64,000 nucleotides of DNA from positions 32,001 to 96,000 of the forward strand of contig CAVXLD010000003.1 of assembly GCA_963762565.1 (NCBI GenBank). The letters are read 5' to 3'. Every line of letters begins with the position of its first letter. Positions within the stretch are counted from its first letter, which is position 1. Both the position numbers and the translations under genes were made by a program. Under the pieces are notes generated by a model. The model did not search any database and was not told the origin of the DNA. It worked only from the letters and a program-made list of their open reading frames with translations. This document shows, in pieces, positions 49,705 through 58,059 of the stretch. This DNA is from an uncultured Verrucomicrobiae bacterium (GTDB taxonomy: Bacteria; Verrucomicrobiota; Verrucomicrobiia; Chthoniobacterales; JAFAMB01).

Positions 49705-49845
49705 CTAACGCAGCCCCGAAATTCTCCGGGGTGAAATCGACGCAGATTTACGCAGATATTCTATCTGGGCTTCGGCCAAGCCCCGACTCCAATCTGCGTA
49801 CATCTATGTTAATTTCACCCCGGAGAATTTCGGGGCGGCGGTTAG
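49705..49845. repeat. Inverted-repeat element with ACGCAGAT nonamer units
   Basis: ctaac..gccccgaaattctccggggtgaaat..acgcagatttacgcagat mirrored by atctgcgt..atttcaccccggagaatttcggggc..gttag. Confidence 0.8.
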
Positions 49846-49867
49846 GTTTTCTTTGGAGTTTATTCGC

Positions 49868-49996
49868 GGCCAATTGGCTGTTTTTCCGCGTTGCTCGCTC
49901 GACCCTTATGAACCAGATATGGGCGCTTCGCTCGCGCCTTGGAAAACAGCCAACTGGCCGACGGCGAAAGCCACGTTATTTATGGGACAGGACACT
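49868..49996. mobile_element. Right half of GTGT..ACAC MITE
   Basis: ttggctgtttttccgcgttgctcgctc..aaacagccaactg..atgggacaggacactag. Confidence 0.8.
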
Positions 49997-50058
49997 AGCT
50001 TGATTATGACTGATCGTTCATTTATGACTGCTGAAGCGGAGGAGTGGGAGGCGCAGAC

Positions 50059-50757
50059 ATGCCAACAGACTTACCCGTTGCCGGTTCAGTAGCATTGGCG
50101 CCAGGCGTGGTGTCGGGAGAGGCCGGTCCTCCCGTTAGCGCCCTCATCGGCGTCGGGTTGCGTGCCTCCAAAGGGGGCGCCGTAGCGGTCGGCCTTATGG
50201 TCGACAAAGGCGCACCTCGCGTCCTGGTCTCCACGTTCCTCAAAACCAGCGCCGATGGCGACAGACTTTCATTGGAGCCCTACCGTGTCGCGTTCCAGAT
50301 GGCGGCTGCTTCGCAGGGAGCTTCGGCGGAGGCGGTTGCTGTTGTAGCGGAGGGGCGCAGACGGCAGGACGAGCTGGCGGCAAAGGTCCTCCAACACATC
50401 ATCGGTGAGCTGGAGAAAGCGGGGCGTCGGCCGATCGTTGCAGCATTGCTCGTCAATCGTAGCGGCTGGATCATCGACCTCCTCAAGTACAGTCTCGCCT
50501 TCGCGGAACATGTGCCGGTCGCAGAGGGCTTGGCTGTCCGCGAGGCGCTTCGTTTCGCCTTCCGCCGATGCGGGATCGACGCTGCCGAGCTGGACGAGAA
50601 GTCGCTCCCCGGAGTCGCGGCGGAGACGCTCGGCCTGTCGACGACGGAGATCGACTCGCACCTGAAGAGGCTGGGCGCGACCGCCGGAAAGCCGTGGCGG
50701 AAGGAGCAGAAGCTCGCCTGCCTGGCCGCGTGGGTCACGATTGTGGGGCGTCGTTGA
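50059..50757 (+). CDS. Hypothetical protein
   Basis: GC-rich coding-like ORF ending GKPWRKEQKLACLAAW. Confidence 0.65.
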   Translation: MPTDLPVAGSVALAPGVVSGEAGPPVSALIGVGLRASKGGAVAVGLMVDKGAPRVLVSTFLKTSADGDRLSLEPYRVAFQMAAASQGASAEAVAVVAEGRRRQDELAAKVLQHIIGELEKAGRRPIVAALLVNRSGWIIDLLKYSLAFAEHVPVAEGLAVREALRFAFRRCGIDAAELDEKSLPGVAAETLGLSTTEIDSHLKRLGATAGKPWRKEQKLACLAAWVTIVGRR

Positions 50758-50927
50758 TACAGAAGCGCGATCCGTTGAATGCGAGAGCTGCGACCGGGAG
50801 CAAGGCTAACAAGAGGAGCTTGAAAAGCTTCTTGAGTCCTTCCGAAGGGTGCTCGAGAGCGAAATTGTCAAAACCTAAGTGAATTCTGTATCGCTGTGAT
50901 AAATTTGTATTTGGTTGAAAGGGCCGC

Positions 50928-50962
50928 TTGACTTGTCGTTTACTGTTACTATTATCTTAACA
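50928..50962 (+). promoter_or_regulatory. Sigma70-like promoter overlapping a TGTTA-N9-TAACA palindrome (candidate Rrf2 operator)
   Basis: TTGACT 50928, TATTAT 50950, just upstream of ATG 50965. Confidence 0.4.
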
Positions 50963-50964
50963 AT

Positions 50965-51384
50965 ATGGCGACCAACACCCAGTTCTCTATTGCAGCCCAC
51001 ATCATGGCTTGCTTGGGGCGGGCAGAGGGTGAGGAAGTCAACTCGGCCGCCATTGCCGGAAGTGTGAACACTAGCGCCAGCTTCGTCCGGCGGATCCTGG
51101 CGAAGTTGTCCAAGGCGGGCTTGGTCACGACCGCCACGGGGAAAGGGGGGGCCTGTTGGCTCGCCCGGCGGGCCGGTGATATCTCTCTGCTCGAAATTTA
51201 TCGGGCCGTTGACGCACCAAAAGCTTTCGCCATCCATCAATACCCGGCCGAAAAAAGTTGCACTGTAAGTCGCAATATCAAATCGGCTATGGGCCGGGTT
51301 CTAAATGAGACCCAGCAAGCTCTGGAACAACGTTTGAGCCGGATCAGCCTGGCGCAGGTAATCGCGGATTTACGCAAAAAATAA
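50965..51384 (+). CDS. Rrf2-family transcriptional regulator
   Basis: TQFSIAAHI, IAGSVNTSASFVRRIL, GKGG, ISLLEIYRAV; lacks the full Fe-S Cys set. Confidence 0.9.
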   Translation: MATNTQFSIAAHIMACLGRAEGEEVNSAAIAGSVNTSASFVRRILAKLSKAGLVTTATGKGGACWLARRAGDISLLEIYRAVDAPKAFAIHQYPAEKSCTVSRNIKSAMGRVLNETQQALEQRLSRISLAQVIADLRKK

Positions 51385-51481
51385 TCGGACCGGGTCCAGG
51401 TCAGGCGCAACGGCCTTGGTCATTATTGTTACGGAAAAAGAAACAATTGACTCTAATCTAAACCCACAAAGAAAGAACCTC

Positions 51482-52228
51482 ATGAGTAAATTAAACGGAA
51501 AAATAGCTCTTATCACCGGCGGAACCACTGGCCTCGGCTTTGCCACTGCTGAGCGCTTTCTGAGCGAAGGAGCAGACGTCGTTATCACCGGCCGTCGAAA
51601 GGCTGAGCTCGATTCCGCCGTCAAACGCCTAGGCAAGAATGTCCTCGGTGTTCAAGGTGATGTCTCTAATCTTGCGGACCTAGATCGGCTCTACGCCACC
51701 ATCCAAAAAGAGAAAGGCCACCTCGATATCGTTTTCGCGAACGCCGGGGGAGGCAGTTTCGCTCCACTGGGCGCCATCACGGAGGAACATTTCGATCAGA
51801 TCTTCAACATCAACGTCAAAGGCCTGCTCTTTACCGTTCAGAAAGCGCTTCCGCTGTTGAAGGATGGGGGATCTATCATCCTGAACGCCTCGATCGCCGC
51901 CTCAATTGGCATGGAAGCCTTCAGCGTTTACAGCGCCACGAAAGCGGCCGTTCGTTCCTTTGCCCGCACCTGGACCACCGACTTAAAGCAGCGTAAAATT
52001 AGGGTTAACGCTATCAGCCCCGGCACGGTGCCGACTGAGGGATATAGAAGCCTGGGCAACGAAGAGCAAATCACGGAATTCGCTGCTCAGCAGGCGACCC
52101 TAATCCCGCTGGGACGTGTGGGTCAACCCGATGAAATCGCTAAAGCGGTTGTTTTCTTGGCTTCAGACGACAGCAGCTTTGTTGCCGGCGCCGAGCTGGT
52201 GGTAGATGGCGGAATGATCGCGGTCTAG
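51482..52228 (+). CDS. Short-chain dehydrogenase/reductase
   Basis: TGGTTGLG, ANAG, YSATK, VNAISPG, VDGG. Confidence 0.92.
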   Translation: MSKLNGKIALITGGTTGLGFATAERFLSEGADVVITGRRKAELDSAVKRLGKNVLGVQGDVSNLADLDRLYATIQKEKGHLDIVFANAGGGSFAPLGAITEEHFDQIFNINVKGLLFTVQKALPLLKDGGSIILNASIAASIGMEAFSVYSATKAAVRSFARTWTTDLKQRKIRVNAISPGTVPTEGYRSLGNEEQITEFAAQQATLIPLGRVGQPDEIAKAVVFLASDDSSFVAGAELVVDGGMIAV

Positions 52229-52834
52229 CTGGGCAATTGTTCGACGAGTCGTTGCCTTTGTCTTGATGCCCAACGTGCCAGCTTCTCTTTCTGATTATCA
52301 TGAGCAACAAGTGCGATCCTCTTCTGGTTAAGCAACGGTCGAGGTGAACTACCATTCATGTGATTAGGGACGCTACACCAGCCCGTGACAAGCACTCCGA
52401 GTCGGTCACATGCTCACTTGCCTTTCAGGCAATCGATGAACAGTAACGAGTGCCCTTCTAGTGCAAGCGCCTTCATTTCTTCTTGGGTTGGGCGATAGTC
52501 AAAACATTCTTGACCCAGAAGGTGGTCGCCAGCGTCAGCCTGTTTGAGCAGGAATCCATCTGTGAATTCGCGCCATAGATCGCTATTTTCATTCATTTGA
52601 TCAGTTACTAGACATCAAGATTGGAAGGGCTAGCGGTTCGCTGTCTCAATTGCTGTATTTTTTGTCTTAACCCAGCTTAGCGCACTCTGGTTGTATTGAC
52701 CCTAGGCAGGCTGTTGAGAGACCGGTTCTTTTGTCCCGGAGGGACAAACCGATGGTAGCCTGGCACGAAGTGCCTGGAATTACGGCAAATTATGACCCGT
52801 CCCGTAGAGAGCCTGAGGTGGTCTGCAAGTTTTT

Positions 52835-54109
52835 TTAGGAAGAGTTTTTCACCGCGGCGAGTGGAGAATCGCGTTTAGCGAGGGCGGTGAGATAAAGTTG
52901 TGGGTCGTAGGGTTGACGGGTTTTCCAGCAACGGAAAAGAATACGGATCCATTTGTAAGCCAGAGCACGCACCGCGGCATGATGGCCTTTACCTTTGGCC
53001 TTTTGTTGGTCATAAAAAACCTTGGCCCAATCACAGAAGCCCACCGAGTGGCTGGCAAACTCATGAAAAGATTGGCGCACAAATTTCGGACAAGCCCAGC
53101 GGAAATGAACCCGAGAGCTTTTGCCGCTGCGTTCAGTGACTGGAGCGATACCAAAGAAGCTCAGTGCCTCCAGTGGGCTAGTGAAACGGTCCCGGTCGGA
53201 GCCGAAAGCGCTGAGCAAACGCGGGCCCAGCGCCTCTCCGGCTCCTGGGAGATTGTTGAATAAAGTGCTGTCGGGATGCTGAGCAAAAAGCTGGGCAATT
53301 TCTTTTTCGTACAGGACAATATAAGGGGCCATTGCTTTGAGCTGCTGGGCTAACATGAGGGTGGTCAAAGTCCCTGCGTCAATGATGGCTTTATCCCGAG
53401 TCAGAGGTTGGCCGGTCTCCACGCGTTGGATGCGGGCTTGAATCTTTTGTTCACTCCGGCACTGATGGCCATAAAAGAATCTGCGCAGTTTGTGAGTGGA
53501 GGCCTTTTTGAGCGACTCGAAGTTGGGCCAGTTGAGCAAAAAATCCGCCGCTAAGACCGTGGTCAGATCGTTATCCAATACGGCCAGAGCCAGAGGAAAA
53601 AAGGCCTTTAGTTCGCTTTTGAGCTGATTGCTCAAAGCGCTGCGAGCATCGACGGCTTGGCGCCGCTTTTCACAAAGAAGCGCTAACTTACGGGTTTGCT
53701 CGTCGTCGGGCCGCCAGGGATGCAACTGCTGGTAGTGCAGACTAACAAATTGACAAAGTAGCTGCGCATCACTGGGATCATCCTTAGCGCCGCTAGGCCG
53801 AAAGGCTTTGCGGTAGTTGTCGAGCTGTTTTGGATTAATGGGGTAGAGCTCAAAACAGTCATAACCCATTAAGAAATGAATCAGTGCTCCCCGACTCTGT
53901 TCCAGGCAGATCAGGATTTTACCTTCAGAACCAAAGCGTTCTCGCAGTTCCAAGACCCAGTCGCTCAAAGCTTCCGGCTGGCTCTCAATGCTGCGACCCT
54001 CCAGCTTGGCTTCCTCGGCGGCCGCTCGCAGAGCGATATCATGTTTTTGATCTGCCCAGTCGATTCCGACAAAAGCACTAATGGTTTTTTGATTGCTAGT
54101 GCTAGACAT
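52835..54109 (-). CDS. IS110-family DEDD recombinase/transposase
   Basis: FVGIDW, CLEQSRG, KDDPSDA (DEDD); C-terminal LPGAG..GIAPVTERSGKS with conserved Ser, AVRALAYKW. Confidence 0.93.
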   Translation of the reverse strand: MSSTSNQKTISAFVGIDWADQKHDIALRAAAEEAKLEGRSIESQPEALSDWVLELRERFGSEGKILICLEQSRGALIHFLMGYDCFELYPINPKQLDNYRKAFRPSGAKDDPSDAQLLCQFVSLHYQQLHPWRPDDEQTRKLALLCEKRRQAVDARSALSNQLKSELKAFFPLALAVLDNDLTTVLAADFLLNWPNFESLKKASTHKLRRFFYGHQCRSEQKIQARIQRVETGQPLTRDKAIIDAGTLTTLMLAQQLKAMAPYIVLYEKEIAQLFAQHPDSTLFNNLPGAGEALGPRLLSAFGSDRDRFTSPLEALSFFGIAPVTERSGKSSRVHFRWACPKFVRQSFHEFASHSVGFCDWAKVFYDQQKAKGKGHHAAVRALAYKWIRILFRCWKTRQPYDPQLYLTALAKRDSPLAAVKNSS

Positions 54110-54149
54110 GGCTGGCTTTAAACTAAATTGATTACAACAAACACTGGCG

Positions 54150-54397
54150 ACGCCCAGAGTGACGACAAACCCTTATAGTGAGACGTAAATCGCACTTGGG
54201 CGAGTTCGTCACGGCCTGAGTATTGTTCTGCACTCCAGGCTGATCAGCCACCCGAAACTCTACGGGGATTCGTTACCGAAGGGGACGGTTATTCGTGGTG
54301 GCTGACGCGCCTTGGGCGAAGTTATTCACAATCTGGGCTCGCTCACGCTCCAAAGCTCTTTTTGGGGGCTTTGGCCCCAGATCGATGAATAACTTCG
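54150..54397 (-). ncRNA. Putative bridge RNA of the IS110 element
   Basis: 5' hairpin 54317-54397; target loop in stem 54244-54305 with guides ACCGTCCC and CCCGTAG; donor loop in stem 54159-54212 with CTATAAG. Confidence 0.8.
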
Positions 54398-54726
54398 GAC
54401 CACCTATAAGGGACGGTATGATCGAGTAACATCGATGGGGCGATGTCCGAGGGCCTCCAACCGCGAACTGAGACTTGCATTAAAGATCCGTCTCACGCCT
54501 AGCAATCGCCAATCATACCGTCCCTACAGGACGGATCCGCTTGGGGGACGCCTTCCCAGGCACTTCGTGCCAGGCTACCATCGATTTGTCCCTCCGGGAC
54601 AGAAGGGCCCCGTTTTCAATCCGGCAGCTGCCGGCAGCTGCCGGACTAGACTATAACCTTTCAGCCCCGACGTGCTCCGGGGTAAACGCTTCGCGACGCC
54701 TTCTAAGTCAACTGGGCAACAACTTG

Positions 54727-55731
54727 TCAGGCTACGAGGTTGTTTGGTTCGTCTTCTAAAATAGTAGTTAGACGAGGCGCTAATGGCCGTTTGTTAAGCT
54801 GCTTCTGGCTGTGACGTGATCTGTCGCGAATGCTGCGAGCCGCGATACGAATCTGATCACGCAGCCACAGATGTGCAGGCTCATTCGTTAGGCGTGGATG
54901 CCAGCTCATGAAGTAGGGAAACGCCTTTAGCTCGCGAGGAGGTTCGATCGTCCGTAGAGTCGATATCTGTTTGATCACGTTCGCCAAGGTGCGCGGGATG
55001 GTGAGCACCAGGTCCGTCTGTGCTATTGCGAGAACGGCAGGAATATAAAACGGAATTCTGAGTGCAACCTGGCGTTTTTGACTGAGTGCTTTGAGCGGCT
55101 GGTCGATCATTGCTTGATGACCATCACCGGTCAGAACCATCGCATGCGGTAGTTCTAAATATTGTTTCAGTGTAAGTCTGCGGCCCTTTATTCGTTGGCG
55201 GGCGCCGACGAGACAGACAAAGTCGAGGTTCAAAACGATCTCGTTTTCCAGCGCAGGCGGAACGTCTTCTGCGCAAAGAATCAGATCAATCCGGCCGGCC
55301 GCAACCTCTTCATAGGTTTGCGGTCCAACTGCGCTCAGGACTAATTCAGAGTCAGGCGCGTCTCTCCGTAGTCGCTCGAGCACATTGGGCAGCAGAATCG
55401 TCGAGCCGTGGTCTGTCATTGCTATTCGAAAGCGCTCGCGACTCCGTCCAGGGATAAATTCCTGGTCGGTCACGAGAGCATTCAGGCGACGCATGATCGC
55501 TTCGGTCTCGCGCAGTACCCGTTCACCTCTCGGTGTGCGTTCATAGGTGCCATCGGAACGAACCAGCAGAGGATCGCCAAAGGTTGCCCGCAGTCTGTTC
55601 AATGCGCGGCTCATCGCGGGCTGGCTTAAGAAAGCACGTTTTGCCGCGCGGCTGATGTGCCGCTCTTCTAACAATGGTTGGATCGTGCGCAGCAGATTCA
55701 GGTCAACATCTCGCAAATGCGTGTCACGCAT
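54727..55731 (-). CDS. LysR-family transcriptional regulator
   Basis: DLNLL..ISRAAKRAFLSQPAMSRALNRLR..DPLLVR; WLRDQI. Confidence 0.92.
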   Translation of the reverse strand: MRDTHLRDVDLNLLRTIQPLLEERHISRAAKRAFLSQPAMSRALNRLRATFGDPLLVRSDGTYERTPRGERVLRETEAIMRRLNALVTDQEFIPGRSRERFRIAMTDHGSTILLPNVLERLRRDAPDSELVLSAVGPQTYEEVAAGRIDLILCAEDVPPALENEIVLNLDFVCLVGARQRIKGRRLTLKQYLELPHAMVLTGDGHQAMIDQPLKALSQKRQVALRIPFYIPAVLAIAQTDLVLTIPRTLANVIKQISTLRTIEPPRELKAFPYFMSWHPRLTNEPAHLWLRDQIRIAARSIRDRSRHSQKQLNKRPLAPRLTTILEDEPNNLVA

Positions 55732-55776
55732 GCCTCATATTTTCACAATGCACAGGCCGAATGCAAGTGAGTCAAT

Positions 55777-56068
55777 AGTGTGCTGTCCCATAAATAACAT
55801 GGCTTTCGTTGCGATCAAAATGGGCCGCCGGCAAGGCGGTCCGAGCCGGACTGGCGGTAGAGGGCGCATATCTAGATTGATACGTAACCGACGAGCAACG
55901 CAGCCGCCGGCCCATTTTCATCGCAACCCTCCGGGCCGTGGCCAGTTGGCTGTTCTTCCGCGTTGCTCGCTCGACCCGTATGAACCAGATATGGGCACTT
56001 CGCTCGCGCCTTGAAAAACAGCCAACTGACCGACGGCGAAAGCCATGTTACTTATGGGACAGCACACT
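55777..56068. mobile_element. Full-length GTGT..ACAC MITE flanked by TA
   Basis: ta-gtgtgctgtcccataaataacatggctttcg / cgaaagccatgttacttatgggacagcacac-ta. Confidence 0.85.
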
Positions 56069-56111
56069 AGATTCGATCAAGAACAGAAAAGCAGATCGTT
56101 CCTCAGAAGCG

Positions 56112-56363
56112 TCAATCCAATGCGCCAGCATCTGTCAGTTCGCGGATCTTTTCTGGACTGAGTCCTTGAGGCCCTGCCTGCTCGGCTCCGGGCGCTGGCA
56201 GGACCCGTCCGAACTCAACGGCAACCGCGTTGAAAAGTACCTGAGCGAAGAAAGCGGGTGCGCCGGTGTTGACGTGATGAGATTCGGTGATCGCCTCAGC
56301 AATGGAGTTTTCCTGCTCGGTTGTGAGCGACAGGTTAGCTACGGTTACTGTATAGGTGGGCAT
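56112..56363 (-). pseudogene. Internally deleted tautomerase-superfamily (cis-CaaD-like) gene
   Basis: Pro-1 start MPTY, IAEAITESHHVNTGAPAFFAQVLF joined directly to VEFGRVLPAPG. Confidence 0.6.
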
Positions 56364-56660
56364 GGGGAGGGGTGGAGGGGCGGAGTGATGGAGTAATGGA
56401 GTGGTGGAGTGGTGCTCGAAACACTACCGCGATGTTTAAAACCCTTACAGAAACATGCAACAAACGGGCACGACAGGCATTCTGGAACGTGCGCAGAGAT
56501 TGAATTACTCCATCACTCCAATACTCCATTACTCCAATACTCCATTACTCCAATACTCCATTACTCCAATACTCCATTACTCCATTACTCCATTACTCCA
56601 TTACTCCATTACTCCATTACTCCCATTACTCCATTACTCCATTACTCCACACCCCTTCCG
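56364..56660. repeat. Inverted octamer tandem arms (GGAGTAAT / ATTACTCC)
   Basis: Short left arm 56364-56412; about 18 units at 56505-56650. Confidence 0.9.
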
Positions 56661-56661
56661 T

Positions 56662-57042
56662 TCAGACCGCGTACTGGGCGATGCCGTTACCGAAAGACCA
56701 ATTCTCTTTTTTGACTTCAATCAGATTAATGAAGACGTCTTCACGCCGAAGCCCAACCGCGGAGTACAGGCCGTCGGCGATCGCCTTGTAGAGCGCCTTT
56801 TTTTGTTCCGGGTTCCGTCCTTCATTCCAGGTGATCTGGATGATCACGAGGTTGTCGGTGCGATGGATATCGATGTAATCGGGGTCAAAAAGAAAGCTAT
56901 CGGCATCGTACTCACTAATGACCTGGAAACGGTCATCTTTGGGGACGCCGACCCCCACCAGCGCCTCATAGACGACCCGGCCTATTTTCTGCCGGTAGGC
57001 GGCATCCTTACCTTTGCGAACATCAATCCGAACTAGTGGCAT
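56662..57042 (-). CDS. Tautomerase family protein (MSAD/YusQ-like)
   Basis: Pro-1 MPLVRID, DRFQVI, EQKKALY, NWSFGNG. Confidence 0.88.
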   Translation of the reverse strand: MPLVRIDVRKGKDAAYRQKIGRVVYEALVGVGVPKDDRFQVISEYDADSFLFDPDYIDIHRTDNLVIIQITWNEGRNPEQKKALYKAIADGLYSAVGLRREDVFINLIEVKKENWSFGNGIAQYAV

Positions 57043-57064
57043 AGAACTTTCTTCCTCGTGTTTC

Positions 57065-57115
57065 TATACTTGCATATGCAAGTATATACCGATATTACTT
57101 GCATATGCTGGTAAT
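57065..57115. promoter_or_regulatory. Two palindromic operators (TTGCATATGCAA core), candidate MarR sites
   Basis: Perfect 22-bp tatacttgcatatgcaagtata (57065-57086) and attacttgcatatgctggtaat (57094-57115) between divergent genes. Confidence 0.7.
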
Positions 57116-57144
57116 CAGTCAAAAGATATTCCTATAAATCCACC

Positions 57145-57642
57145 ATGCCCAAGTCTAACCAGCCAAACTCTCAACACAGCCATTGCAATTGCACCGCGCT
57201 GCGAAAGGCTTCTCGCCGGATTTCCCAGCTTTACGATGTTGCCTTAGCGCCGAGCGGCCTGAAAACCACGCAAAGAGCGATCCTCGCCCAGATCCGCCGA
57301 AGCGAGCCAACCACCGTCGGTAATCTAGCCGAGGCGTTGATCATGGACGCCGGGGCGCTTGCGCACACGCTCAAACCATTAGAAAGAGACGGCCTGATCT
57401 CTATCGATGTCGATCCCGATGACCGGCGCAATCGGGTCGCCAAGCTTACATCGGCCGGCAACGCCCGCCTTTCTGAATCCGACAGGCTTTGGGAGAACGC
57501 ACAACGCGGCTTCGAAGTAGCTTTTGGCCGGGGAAAATCCGAAGCCTTGCGTGAGGCAATGCAATTCCTCGTCACCGGCGACTTTGTTCGCGCTTTCGAA
57601 AAAAGCATCGCCAAAGGCGCTGGGCAGTCGCGCATCCCATGA
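57145..57642 (+). CDS. MarR-family transcriptional regulator
   Basis: CNCTALRKASRRISQLYD, LKPLERDGLI, DRRNR..LT..G. Confidence 0.9.
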   Translation: MPKSNQPNSQHSHCNCTALRKASRRISQLYDVALAPSGLKTTQRAILAQIRRSEPTTVGNLAEALIMDAGALAHTLKPLERDGLISIDVDPDDRRNRVAKLTSAGNARLSESDRLWENAQRGFEVAFGRGKSEALREAMQFLVTGDFVRAFEKSIAKGAGQSRIP

Positions 57643-57657
57643 ACGCGCCACGCCTGT

Positions 57658-57748
57658 CGAGGACGAGGACGACGACGAGGACGAGAACGACTATCCGGGA
57701 GCCGCGACGCCACTCCTAGCTCCTAGCTCCTACCTCCTAGCTCCTCCT
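57658..57748. repeat. Family A fragment plus CTCCTAG heptamer array
   Basis: gaggacgaggacgacgacgaggacgagaacga; ctcctagctcctagctcctacctcctagctcct. Confidence 0.75.
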
Positions 57749-57878
57749 GAACACAACCTGACCCAGGACAGGCGCTGCTTCGCGCGTTCTAAGTCAATTA
57801 GGCAATCCCCGGCTGGCCGGAGAATTCGGATTATTCCTTTGGGCATTATCGAATCTTCCATAGAGCTATTTGACTGAG

Positions 57879-57920
57879 TAATTGCATATGCAAGTATTAT
57901 GTGATGAAAGCATATGCAAG
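57879..57920. promoter_or_regulatory. Second pair of GCATATGC operators upstream of panE
   Basis: ttgcatatgcaa 57882-57893; gcatatgcaag 57910-57920. Confidence 0.65.
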
Positions 57921-57978
57921 GATCTGGCCACCCGGTTTGATGGTCGAACTATTGCCGTGCTTAAACGCAGGAAAAACT

Positions 57979-58059
57979 ATGCCATTGGTTCGTATTGATT
58001 TTCGCAAGGGTAAAGATGTCGCTAAGCAACTCTTAATCACGAAAGTAGAGGTAGAATGA
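57979..58059 (+). pseudogene. 26-codon stub derived from the tautomerase N-terminus
   Basis: MPLVRIDFRKGKD versus MPLVRIDVRKGKD of 56662-57042; stop overlaps the panE ATG (ATGA). Confidence 0.75.

Larger units (their letters stand above)
52808..54410 (-). mobile_element. IS110-family insertion sequence with CT core and 8-bp subterminal inverted repeats
   Basis: Removal restores the REP palindrome; AG (CT on minus strand) at both junctions; aggtggtc 52816-52823 / gaccacct 54398-54405. Confidence 0.92.
52732..54601. repeat. Family C REPIN (52732-52807 plus 54411-54601) split by IS110
   Basis: gtcccggagggac..ggtagcctggcacgaagtgcctgg..ccgtcccgtag | ggacggtatgat, mirrored by atcataccgtccctacaggacgg..ccaggcacttcgtgccaggctacc..gtccctccgggac. 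Confidence 0.88.

Noticed and set aside
56505..56655. Possible CRISPR array
   Set aside because: Contiguous 8-bp microsatellite with no spacers and no cas genes
56409..57036. ORFs with YSITPLLH repeats, and similar RTRTTTRTRT ORFs at 1974-2302, 32729 and 62294
   Set aside because: Translations of non-coding repeats or antisense shadows of real genes
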